Position numbers and translations under genes: made by a program. A DNA stretch of 54,298 nt. It comes from Amoebophrya sp. A120. Its lineage: Eukaryota; Protista; Dinoflagellata. Position 1 is the first letter of the stretch. Every line of letters starts with the position of its first letter. Below, piece by piece: positions 11,801 to 23,800 of the stretch. The DNA lies in the NCBI GenBank assembly GCA_905178155.1, contig CAJINV010000003.1:6574156-6628453 (forward strand), written 5' to 3'. The notes beneath the pieces were generated by a model. The model was not told where the DNA came from, did not search any database, and saw only the letters and a list, made by a program, of their open reading frames with translations.

Positions 11801-14800
11801 CAACTTGTCATGCTAGATCTGAATCATGCGAAAATCTGTGTTGCGTGATTACCAAACGGTGTCCACTTACTTTCTTTTGACCAAGTTGAGACAGGCAGTC
11901 TCTCATGCAGGACAGGCATGATGGTAGAGGTCTCAAAGATGTTGAGTCTGTCATGCAGGGCCCTGCATTTATTTTCCAGACGAGACCTCATGGGTCATGG
12001 TCATGGAAAACCTGCATGGCAAGTTTTGCGCTTCTCCAGACCCAGACATATTTGCATTTGATGCCACCAGTTGCGCAGCGATCTGCACGCGCAAGTGGCG
12101 GCCGGCGAAGTATCGAAGAAAAAACTGTTTCACTGTAAACTTGTAATGCAGAAAATGCATCAGCATCGCAGAAGTGTTTGCGTTGCTACACATGCAAGGA
12201 AAGTGATTGTTAGCCCTGTTTTCCGTTAGCAACCTCGAATGGCAAGTTTTCTTTGTCATGTGCAACGAACTTGTCATGCCAAACTGGCAAAATCCTTACA
12301 GTGGAACAGTTTTTTCTTACGATACGAAGGTGACCGACATTAATGAGTTCGTGAGGGGTACGCCGTGCGCTTTTCCGGATATTTCGCTCTGGGGGCTCGG
12401 GGATTGGTCCCAGGTGACCGACACGACGGACTTATCGTATGGAAAAATCCCCCCTCCCCACATGAAAACGAAATTTCTGATGCTGGATTCGCGTACACAG
12501 ATCAGACTTGTCTTGCAGTAGAGGACTGCAGGCGGCCCTTATCATGTCAATGTGCAAAGGTTTTGCCTAGGCACTTAGCATGAGGAACGTCTATGCCGTA
12601 GGCCCAACAGTATGAATAACGGGGCGGAGCCTATGCCGTTGCTTTCTTGTTGCAAGACAGACACGTCGCAAATCAGCATCACAAATTCTGTGAGGCGTGC
12701 CTTTTCGATATAGGGAGGGATGAACTTTCCTTACGATAGGACTGGGCCACGGGAGCGGGGCTCGCTTCGGCCTGCTCCGTCACCCAGTTTATCAACTGTA
12801 AAAATGTCTGGGTCTGGAAGATTCTGACACTTGTCATGCACGTTTTGCATGAGCCATGATGTCTGTTATGCATACCCTAGTAATACAGATTTTTCGAGGG
12901 CTTCTTGATGCCTATTCCGCATGACAAATGCCTGCTCAGCGTACAGCCGGCCACAAAAGTAAGTTTGTGATCAAGTTTGTAAGACTAACCCGTCAAGGCC
13001 ACACCGAATTTCCACCTTGCTCGCGGGCTTGGATGGTAAGGGGGTTCTGCCACAAGTAGCGCCCACTGGTTGTAGTTACGCGTAAGCAATCGATAACGGT
13101 TCTGCGGCTGCGGCCGGGTGGTAGTTAGGAAGTGGATCGGGTATCCACCTAGGGGTATTGGCAGAGGCTAAATCTGTTCTAACGCCCAGGTATTGGCAGA
13201 GGCTAAATCTGTTCTAACGCCAACCCGCCAGGAGTTAAATGGTTACTACTACTACTACTAGCGTAGCAAAGATTGCAAAGATTGATGATTGGAAAGTATA
13301 GTAGAGGTAGTAGGTAGCCTCTTACGTGACAGAAAAAAGGAAACCTAAAAACGACAAAGAAGAGTTAGACAGGGGCTCAAGGCGACTAAGGCGAATGCGG
13401 GGCGTTCTGGCGGGTGCAGTGGGAAGAGCGAGGGCAAAAGCAGAAACTTCTGCAAGAGTGAAAGCAGAGAAATAAGATGGTCGCGCGTGAACCCAGTTTC
13501 GGCCCGTTCTTGTTTCGTATCGTCTCCGCCAGCCGATGGGGCACGGCGCTGCTTCTCCTATCGTCGCCGCCAGTTGAGGGCGCTGCTATCCAAAACTAGC
13601 GAAGAAGAAAAGAAAGAGAAACTATATCAAAGAAGTGGCGCCTGGGTTGCTAATTTAAAGACTGCGCTAAGGCAGCGCCCCCCCTTCCCCAAGGGGTCCC
13701 CCCGGGGCGGGCGCGGTGGCGGCTCTGCAAATGCGGAGCTCCGCGGGCCGATTCTCTGATAACGCACAAAAAAGGGTGCGGGAAACAGATCGGCAAAAAG
13801 TGTTTGAAAGGGGCACGCCGTTGGGTCGTCCGCCATCGTGATAGGATTGCCGTGTCTGATCAATAGACCCGCTGTATATTTTTTAGCGCGCAACCGGCCA
13901 CAGAAGTAAGATTCGAGCAAGTTTGTAAGACTAACCCATCAAGGCAATGCTGGAACTCCACCTTGCTCGCGGGCTTGGATGGTAAGGCAGGTCAGCCACA
14001 CATAGCGCCCACTGGTTGGAGCCATGCGTAAGAAATCGATAGCGGTTTTGCAGGTGCAGCCGGGTGGTAGTTAGGAAGTGGGCCGGGCCTCCACCTAGGG
14101 GTATCGGCAGAGGCTAAATCTGTTCTAACGCCCAGGCATTGGCAGGGGCTAAATCTGTTCTAACGCCCACCCGCCAGGAGTCAAATGGCACTACTACTAC
14201 TACTAGCGTAGCAAAGATTGCATTCCCTTCGGTACTCATGCAATACAGATTTTTTTGGAATCCGAATACAGCATCACAAGTTGCATTCTTCCAGACCCAG
14301 ACACTTTTACATTTGATACAGTTCGGTTCCAACGGAGAGGATCTCATGTGCCCGAATGCCGAGGAGCCCTTTCGCGTCAGCATCACGGTGGACTACGTGT
14401 CGCATCCGCTGGCGCTGCCGCTCGTCGACGGGGGGGGCACCAGCAGCAAGTACACCGTGTACTGTATCAAAAGGAAAAATCCCCCCTCCCCATATCGAAA
14501 CGAAGTTTCTGATGCTGGATTTCCATACACAACTTGCAGTAGAGGAATGCAGGCATATGTCAAGCCTCAGTCGAGAGGTTTTGACGTAGGCGCCTAGCAT
14601 GGCAAACGTGTATGCTCTAAGCCAAACAGCATCACAAACCGCCTGCAAAATGCGGAACGCTTTCTGGACTTGCCTCCTTGCAAGACAGACAGGATTTGAG
14701 GTCGCAAATGCGCACCGCAAATTTTCAGACGGATACGCTTTCGATATGGGGAGGGGGGATTTTTCCTTACGATATACTGGGGCGAGGGGGGGGAGGTATC

Positions 14801-17800
14801 CTCCGTCGCCGGTATGCTGGTGGATGACGCAGCGGGGTTGGCAGGGGGCAAGACGCACACCTACGGGTCGATGGCCACTTTCACCGTCGTGATTCGCGGG
14901 GCCATCTCCGGGTGGGCCGAGGCTACCTCCGCACCTGAGCAGAACTGGTATGGCGTTCTGCTCAACTGTTACATTCTTAAGTGTAGTTGCATGGATTTTT
15001 GGTTAGATAGCTTTTCCTCTGTGATGCATGTGTTTTGTATTGTTTTTTCATGCGCGTTTGGCTTTTGTAATGCACCACTATAAAAAAGGAAAAGAACACA
15101 TGCTCTGCACCTGCATCATATCTCTCCCTCATGCGTAAACAGCCATTACCCGTTGCTTATGCATGAAAACTGGCTTGATCACAATCAATTTCACTCATTT
15201 TTTCGAACATTAACTTTGACCTGCTTGACTTTGTCTCGTTGTAAATGAACACGAAGATAAAAATGGATGTAGCACTAGAGCATCCTGACATGATGAGTTT
15301 CCTTGTACTCGCTTTCGCCTCTCGAGCTACGAGGGACTCGAGGTAGGACTTCAATACTCGGTTTCGATCGATTTTGTATTATGTTCGCTTCTTCGACAGT
15401 CCGCCCCGCGAGATCGAGCTGCTCGCCTCTGTCCTGAGACCTCTCGCCCTCCATCGCCCTCGATTTCGATCTCGAGTGAGAATCGATTTTCGTTTCGCAA
15501 ATTGGCCCTCCGTTGAGGTGTACCTCCGGAATGAGAGTCGATTTTTTTGTTTTAGTGAGGAATTGCGTCCACATCAGACGCAGTTCCTGCCTTGCTCGTG
15601 CGCATACGTACGTAGATCTCTTGACATCCGTCTTGAGGTTTAGGGTCGGAGCGCTCTCAGCACTGCTGAAGCTTTAGAACCAGATGGGAGTGCACGCCCG
15701 GACGGATCAGAGCACAAGGCTTTTTGATAGCGCTTTTTTCCAAATGGCTTCATAATTCGCTTACTCTGCTGCCCCCCTTTTTTTCCTTTTCCTCGGGCCC
15801 AACTGGCACCAAGCAGTTTTCTTTTCGCGTGTCCCCATCCGGACATTGTGGTGTCGGTCTAGGTTTAGGTTGTAGGTATAGGACCATCATATGTCCCCCG
15901 CCGCGGCCGTTGTCCCGACCACCCACTGATCCGGCGACGCAACATCTTCTTCCCGCATACCGACCCGGATCGCAGCGACGATGGGTTTATGGGTTAGGGA
16001 TTTAGGGTTCTAGTTCAATCTTAAGTGTAGTTGCATGGATTTTTGGTGCAAGGCCCAGATCCTTTGAGAAGAAAGTTGGTGCTGGTGCGAGTCGTATAAA
16101 AACGCACGAGCGGGAGCGGAAGTGCGGAATTTCCAAGAAGCTCGACCTAGCGGCTAGCCTCGACCCTATTCCGGGCGGAGTGTGCCGATGTTAAAATCGA
16201 TTTAATGATGCGCGACGATTCGATGGGAAATGAGTGATGAAGTTGCTATTCGATCCCGACCACAGCATTCTGCACTACGCAGGCATACTTCGAATCCTGC
16301 GCTAAACGATAACGAGGACACGTCCCAAAACCCCTAGCAGCCCTCCCCTATGCTAGCAAGATGATGACGATGATGAAGAATGGGAAAATGAACGGGGGAA
16401 GATTGCGCCTGTAGCATTACAAATTCATCCGCACAGATCATTTAGGCGCTGTTTAGTCAAGCGAAGCAGCTTGATCGCGTGGATGATGATGGTGCTTCTG
16501 CATGACAAATTCATGTATGCGTTGCGTTTGTGGTTTTGGTCGGTTTAGCATGACAAATTCATGTAAAAACAGCTGAGAATGTAACGTTTGAGAACCCCAT
16601 AACTGGAAGGAGTCCTACACGCAGTTGCTGGGAATGGGTGCGAGCGGCGCGAGCCTGTTCCAGAACCTGTTCGAGGGGTGCACCAACCTGGAGCAGCTAC
16701 CTTCCGCGGGCGTGTTCAACCGGTACTCGCAGAAGGTGGTGTCTGCTGCTAATATGTTCAAGGGCTGCGCGTATCCACTGCAACTATGTATGGGTCTGGA
16801 AGGAGAGTGCGAGCCTTGTCATGCATCTCGTGGACGAACACAAGAATGGGCTCTGGAATGCAACCAGAAGCAAAACAGACTGCGCAAGAGCTTCTTCACA
16901 GCTACCTATTACGCGTGAGTAGGTCGCCCTTTCCGTGGCTAGAATTGGGTATTAACATTTGCCGTTCATGCAACACAGTTTTTTGTACGATTCAGATTTA
17001 GCATGACATTCCGGGAGACCCAGTGATGTTTGCATTGCATAGTGCGAAGCTTGACCAAAGCGACATGGATTGTCTCAACGATCCGGGGTCCCCGCCGTTA
17101 TTCTGAGTAAAAACGTCCTCACCCCAGAGCTGTCATGCGAACAATCTGCCTTGTTACAATGTTTCTCATGCGGAGCCCCATGAGAAACATAATCCACGGG
17201 TGATTTGGAATTTGTGATGCTCAAATTAGCATGAGATGCTAGATCTGTGATGCTGCTGCACTAGCTAAACACGATGAGCGGAAACTTGTCATGCGCAACA
17301 CCCGCAGTAGCGCAGTCTGTTTATGTCATGCGCAACACCCAAAGCTTGTTGATTTGTCTAGCAGATGCCCCATCTTGGCCCTGGTTCTTTGGGGGCGTTT
17401 TGCCACAGGATGGCCGTGCGACGCTACCCTAAGTTTCATCGGAGGCGTGCTGACCGACGCGAGCGGTTTCTTTGAGGGCTGCTCTGGTGTCGCGCAATTC
17501 AATTTCGTGCAGGGCGGCAATCCGAATTTTGACATGCGTATCAACTGTAAAAATGTCTGGGTCTGGAAGGTTACCAGGTTTGTCATAGATATTTTGCATG
17601 ACTCAGGATGTCTGTAATGCATGATCTAGCATCGCATATTTCTACTTCTAGAGGCCTTCCTGATGCCTATCCCGCATGACAAATGCCCTCCCCGCGTAGC
17701 ACAAACTGGGCGCCTCATGCTGGTAATGCAATACAGATTTTCTTAGAGTCCAAAGTTAGCATCACAAGTTGCATTCTTCCAGACCCAGACATTTTTACAT

Positions 17801-20800
17801 TTGATACTGCGCAAGGTTACAAATTTTGACCGCATGTTCAAGGACACCAGCGGGGCGGGCTCCATGCACCTGAACTCCTTCAATACCGTATTACAGTGAA
17901 AAATGCCCCCTCCCCATATCAAAACGGAAATCTGTGATGCAGATTTGTGGTCACAAATCAGCTTTGTGATGCTAGAAGGCAAAAGATGCGGACTGTAGTG
18001 CTGTCTAGNNNNNNNNNNNNNNNNNNNNNNNNNNNNNNNNNNNNNNNNNNNNNNNNNNNNNNNNNNNNNNNNNNNNNNNNNNNNNNNNNNNNNNNNNNNN
18101 NNNNNNNNNNNNNNNNNNNNNNNNNNNNNNNNNNNNNNNNNNNNNNNNNNNNNNNNNNNNNNNNNNNNNNNNNNNNNNNNNNNNNNNNNNNNNNNNNNNN
18201 NNNNNNNNNNNNNNNNNNNNNNNNNNNNNNNNNNNNNNNNNNNNNNNNNNNNNNNNNNNNNNNNNNNNNNNNGCCACGCGGAGCCACCCCCGTATTTCAC
18301 CCCCAGGGGGTTGTGGACCTGGCAAAACCGATGAGTTCGGGCTGCTGACTGTTCCACCTCCCCTAAGTGTGATCATTGCCGCCTCACGCCTCAAATACAG
18401 CATCACAAATTCGCGCATCTTCCGTTTTCGATATGGGGTGGGGGCTTTTTTCACTTTGATATACCGGCAGCGGGGAATCCATGGAGGAAATGTTTATGAA
18501 CACGGCGTACGGTTTCGGCGGAAAAGCAGGGAGTTGGAACGTAGGAAAAGTGACCAGCATGAAGAGCATGTTCAAGGTATCAAGAAAAAAAATGCCCCCT
18601 CCCCATACCAAAACAGGATGCTTCTGAAAACTTGTGATGCTGATTTGTGGCTACAAATCGTCTCTGTATTGCAAGAAGGCAAATCCAGAGACTCCGCCGC
18701 ATTTTGCAGGCGGTTTGTGATGCTGCTATACCTACAGGCGGGACCTCTGTGACGCTACGGGCCTACGTCAGAACATCCCCGCCCAGGCTTTGTAGCTGCC
18801 TGCATTCCTCTACTGCAAGACGCCGCTGAATTGTGTACAAAAGTCCCGCATCACAGATTTCGACTTTGAAATGGGAAGGGGAGACTTTTCATTTTGATAC
18901 AAGGACGCAGCGGGTGCAAACCCGCCGCTGGGCAGCTGGAACGTGCAGAGTGTAACGGACATGACCGAGATATCCCATGTACATAAAACGCGTCCACCCC
19001 ATAGTTCCAAAAATGTACTAAATCTGCACGCTGAAAATATTTCTCATGCGGCGCGCCATGAGAAGCAATTTCTAGTCGTGTTTCGGAATTTGTCATGCTC
19101 CAAAAAATACAAATATCAGATATGCTAGATCTTCTGTGATTTTGCTGAACTAGCTAAACAGGATCACGTTGAAGCCACAGAACTGCCATTTTGCTGAACT
19201 AGGTACGACGCCACAGTTCGTTGTCATGCGCAACAGCCAAAGCTTGTTGCTCTTGATTTGTCTAGCAGATTTCCCCTCTCGACTCTAGGGTGGGGAGGTT
19301 TTTTCTCATATTGAGAGGAAAAATCCCCCCTCCCCATATCGAAAAGGTATGTTTCCGAAAATTTGTCTTGCTGATTTGAGACCACAGATAACGGCTGTCT
19401 TGCAAGCAGACAACTCCACAGCCTCTGCCGCATTATGCAGGCGGTTTGTGATGCTGTTGGGCCTATAGCATAGACGCGTCCACCCATGCTAAGCGCCTAG
19501 GCCAAAACCTCTCTGCTCAGGCTTGGCAGAAGCCTGCAGTCCTCTACTGCAAGACAAACCTGTTTGCATCCGCAAATCCAGCGTCAGAAACTTCCTTCCG
19601 ATATGGGGAGGGGGGATTTTTCCTTGTGATGCCTCAGGACGCGAGATGTTTCGCGGCGCGACCAACTTCAACCAGGACCTGGCCGCATGGAACGTGGCAA
19701 GCGTGGAAATTATGAGTAGTATGTTTTACGAAGCAACGAAGTTTGCCGGCACCGGGCTGGGTAGCTGGAACGTGCACAAAGTGCGAAAATTTGACCAGTT
19801 TCTGTTTCGAGCCGAGAATGCGAATCCCGACGTGTCCAATTGGCTTGCGAACGATCTGAACCGCGATCTCACCAACATGTTTGGCGGGGCACGCAAGGCG
19901 CAGCCCAATGTCGCCAACTGGAAGGTGGGGAAAGTTGCCAAGCTGAGCTACATTTTCCAGACCCTAGAGATCGGCAACCCCGACGTGACCAACTGGGATG
20001 TTGGCGAAGCGAAGTCATTTGCTTACATGTTTTCCGTATCAAATGCAAAAATGTCTGGATCTGGAAACTTGTCATGCTGAATTGGCGAGACTGAAATACT
20101 TTCCAATGCAGCCAACAAGCATGACAAGCTTGCAGAGCACTTCCTCACGCGCACTCCGCATGAGAAACAGGGTTTTTGTATGACAAAAAGGGGCACCCTC
20201 TTGCTAGTCATGCAATACAGATTTTACAGGAGTGCAGGACTAGCATAACAAGTTCCATATTTCCAGACCCAGACATATTTGCAATGCATATACCGGCTGC
20301 AAGGTGGCGCGGCCGTGCGTCTCCAAGTGGCGGGCGGCGAAGGTGACCAACGTCAAGAAGATGTTCCAGAACGCCCCCTGTGCCACCCCGAACTTGGCCA
20401 CCTGGAACACGAACTGGGGACAGGTGGATGGCAGCACCACCCAGTACGAGCACTGGGCCACCGGGGCCGGCAGGCCGAACGCTTGCAGCGTTTGGAATAG
20501 CTTGTTCGACTCCACCACGGGGCAGGACCTCGGCTGTCCCGACGACGACCCCTTCCTATGCATTGCAAATATGTCGTCCTGGTCTGGAAGATTAAAGCTC
20601 CAGCGCGTACCGTTCTGTCTAAAACTTATCATATCATGCTAGATCTGAATAATGAAAAAATCTGCGTTGCGTGAGCACCAAAAGCTGTCCGCTTTTGACC
20701 AAGTTGCTGAGAGGGAGTTTCTCAGGCAGGAAAGGCATGATAGAGACCTCAAAAAATCTGTCATGCTGGGTCTCGCATTTCAGACCTCATGGGTCATGGA

Positions 20801-23800
20801 AAACCTGCATGACAAGTCTTGCAACGTTCCAGCCCCAGATATATTTGCATTTGATACTTCCGCCTGGTCGTCAACGTCGGTGCGGGTGACACGGTGGAGG
20901 TACCGGTGGCCAGTTATCCTGAGGAAAAACGTCCCCACCCCAACCCCCTAGCCAAGATGGCAAATCTGCTAGACAAATCAACAAGCTTTGGCTGTTGCGC
21001 ATGACAAGCGTGGCCTCGTAGTGTGCTCCTGTTTAGCTCGTTCAGCAGCATCACAGATCTATCCTATTACTCTGATGGAAGCATTACAAATTCCAAAAGA
21101 CCACGAGAAAACGCTCCTCGCGGGGCTCCGTATGACAAACATTTTGGGCTTGCAGGTTTGCATGACAACTATGGGTCGCGGACGTTTTTACATAGGATAC
21201 CAGTACTGCAACCAGCGCGAAAGTGACCGTGTGGTGGGGGGACGGCGCCGAGCAATCGCAGCCGGCCGAGAACGTGTTCGTGGCCGGCCACTCGCGACGC
21301 GGGTCCACGACTTTTCTCCAGCACACCTACACGAACGCGGGAAGCTACACGGTGACGATTCGAGGCAACATCGACCACTGGGGTGTCGCGGATACGGCGG
21401 AAAAGCAACTGTGGCGGACCAGCATCACCAGCGTCACAGCACTGGGTGCGTACGCCCCGCAGCTATTTCCGTCGCTCTTCGAGGGTTGTACTTCCCTTAC
21501 CTCCCTTCCGACGGCCGCGAATGTGAATCTTCACATCTCCAAGGTGGAGGACATGTCCAGCATGTTCAAAGGCTGCACCAAACTAGTATCGTCAGGAAAA
21601 ATCTTCCTCCCTCCCCAGATCGAAAGGGAAATTTGTGATGCTGTATTTGCGACGTACACAAGTCGAGTTGTATTGCTAGAAAGCCAAGAGACGCAGTTGC
21701 GGCCTCGCTTGCAGGTAATCTGTTACGCTGTTTTCCGCTTCCAGTTGCCTCCTGTCATGCTGAAGACGCAAGGCTTTGTTCCAACGCCAGCCAGCGCTAC
21801 AGTCTGCGTCTCTTCTCTTGTAGCATGGCAACGTGATTTGTGACTACAAATCAATCATGCTACACAAGTCCTCGCTTTGATATGGGGAGGGGGATGAATT
21901 TTTCATTTTGATAACTAGACTCCACCGTTGTCAACCCCCTGTTGGCCAGCATCGGTAGTACCGCGAAAGTTATCAAATCCAAATATCTGGGTTTGGAAGA
22001 GTGGAACTTGTAATGCTAGCGTATACAATTACAATTCAATCCTGGAATCTGTATTGCAGAACCACCAAAAGGCGTAGCCACTTTTGTCTTTGTCATGCAA
22101 AAAGGCAGTGTATCATTCGGATTGCGTATGAGAAAGCGTTCTGGAAAGTTGTCACGTTGGGCTGCATTCGGAAGTAGTTCCGTCTTCCACATTTTCGCAT
22201 CACAGGTTTCCAGACCCAGACATATTTGCATTTGACAAAAGTGACAAGTATGTACTCAATGTTCTCGGACTGCCAAACGTTGACGTCTCTCACGTTTGGT
22301 AGCAACTTCGACACCAGCAGCACGGAGACCTTTGGGCGAATGTTCCATCAGACTTCTAAGTTGTCCACCATTACTGGCCTGGCGGGGTTCGACACCGGGA
22401 GCGCCAACGCCATGGACCGAATGTTCGAAGGATCTGGTGTACTGCTGCTGACCAACGAGTTGACCTCCTGGAACGTGGCAAAAGTGGATAACATGTACGG
22501 CATGTTCAAAGGCGCGGCCAAGGCCGACCCGAACTTGGGGGGGTGGAAGGTGCAGAACGTGCTGCACATGGCCCATATGTTCATGGATGCCACGACATTT
22601 ACCGGCACGGGCCTGGGAACTTGGAATGTGGAGAAGGTGATATCTTTTGAAAACTTTCTGTTTAACGCGGCAAATGCAGACCCGGACGTGAGTACGTGGA
22701 TGGCGAACGACCTTGCTCGTGACCTACGCATGTTTTTTGCCGGCGCGGCGAAGGCGGAGCCAGACGTCGCAAACTGGCAGGTGGGTAAGGTGACAGACTT
22801 CTTCGGGATGTTTCAGTTCATGCCCGTGGCAAACCCTGACGTGACTGAGTGGGATGTGTCCAGTGCGAAGAGCTTTGACTCCATGTTCCACAACGACCCC
22901 GTGGCGCGGCCGTGCGTGTCGAAGTGGCGGCCGACGAAGGTGACGGTGATCTCCCGCATGTTCGCGCACTCACCCTGCGCAACGCCGAATTTGGCGAGCT
23001 GGGGCTTGGACTGGGCCACCGCGCTCGCAGATCAGACAGGGTTGGGCAATCCCACCAACCGAAACGAGTGGGCGAAGGGTGCCGGGCTTCCCAGCAGCTG
23101 TTCGGTGTGGTCAACTTTGTTCGACGCCACGACGGGCCTGGACAACTCCTGCCCTGACGACGATGCGTTTCGCCTAGACATTACCGTTTCCGCCGGCACC
23201 GCAGTGGAGGTGCCGCTCTGCGCTGGCGCCGCTGTTTCCGGCGATCACCGGTTTACGCTGTGGTGGGGGGAGGACGCTGCAACAGACGCGGTTAGCGAGG
23301 TCGTGTACAACCTGGCTGACAGTGGCAACTCCCTGAATACTGCAGCCGCCCACACCTACGCGTCCTCCGGAACCTACAAGATGGTTATCCGCGGGCACAT
23401 TGGTGGGCTCTGCCCCACTGGACCCTCGAACCCCAAGAAGGCGTGGCGCCAAGCGTTTGCGCAGTTATACAGCCTCGGGGCCTCCGGGGACGTGCTGTTG
23501 CAGAACCTCTTCGAGCGTTGCGTCGACCTGAACGCCCTCCCCCCAGTTGCGGTCTTCAATCGGCACATTTCAAAGGCAACGTCATTGAAAGGTATGTTTT
23601 CCAACAACGAGAAGCTGACTACCGCGGTGCTGCAACCTGTACTGACCGGTTTGGGGAGCACAGCGAACGTGGAAAACATGGGCGACATGTTCAACAATTG
23701 CAAGTCCGTGACCACGCTTGAGTTCCCCTCCCCCAATTTTTACACGGGCAAGGTGACTGACATGAGTACGATGTTTGGCGGTACCAGCAAGCTGACGAGC

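Noticed and set aside
15983-16009. A true telomere
   Set aside because: Only 3-4 degenerate units, located inside an element within a continuing gene.
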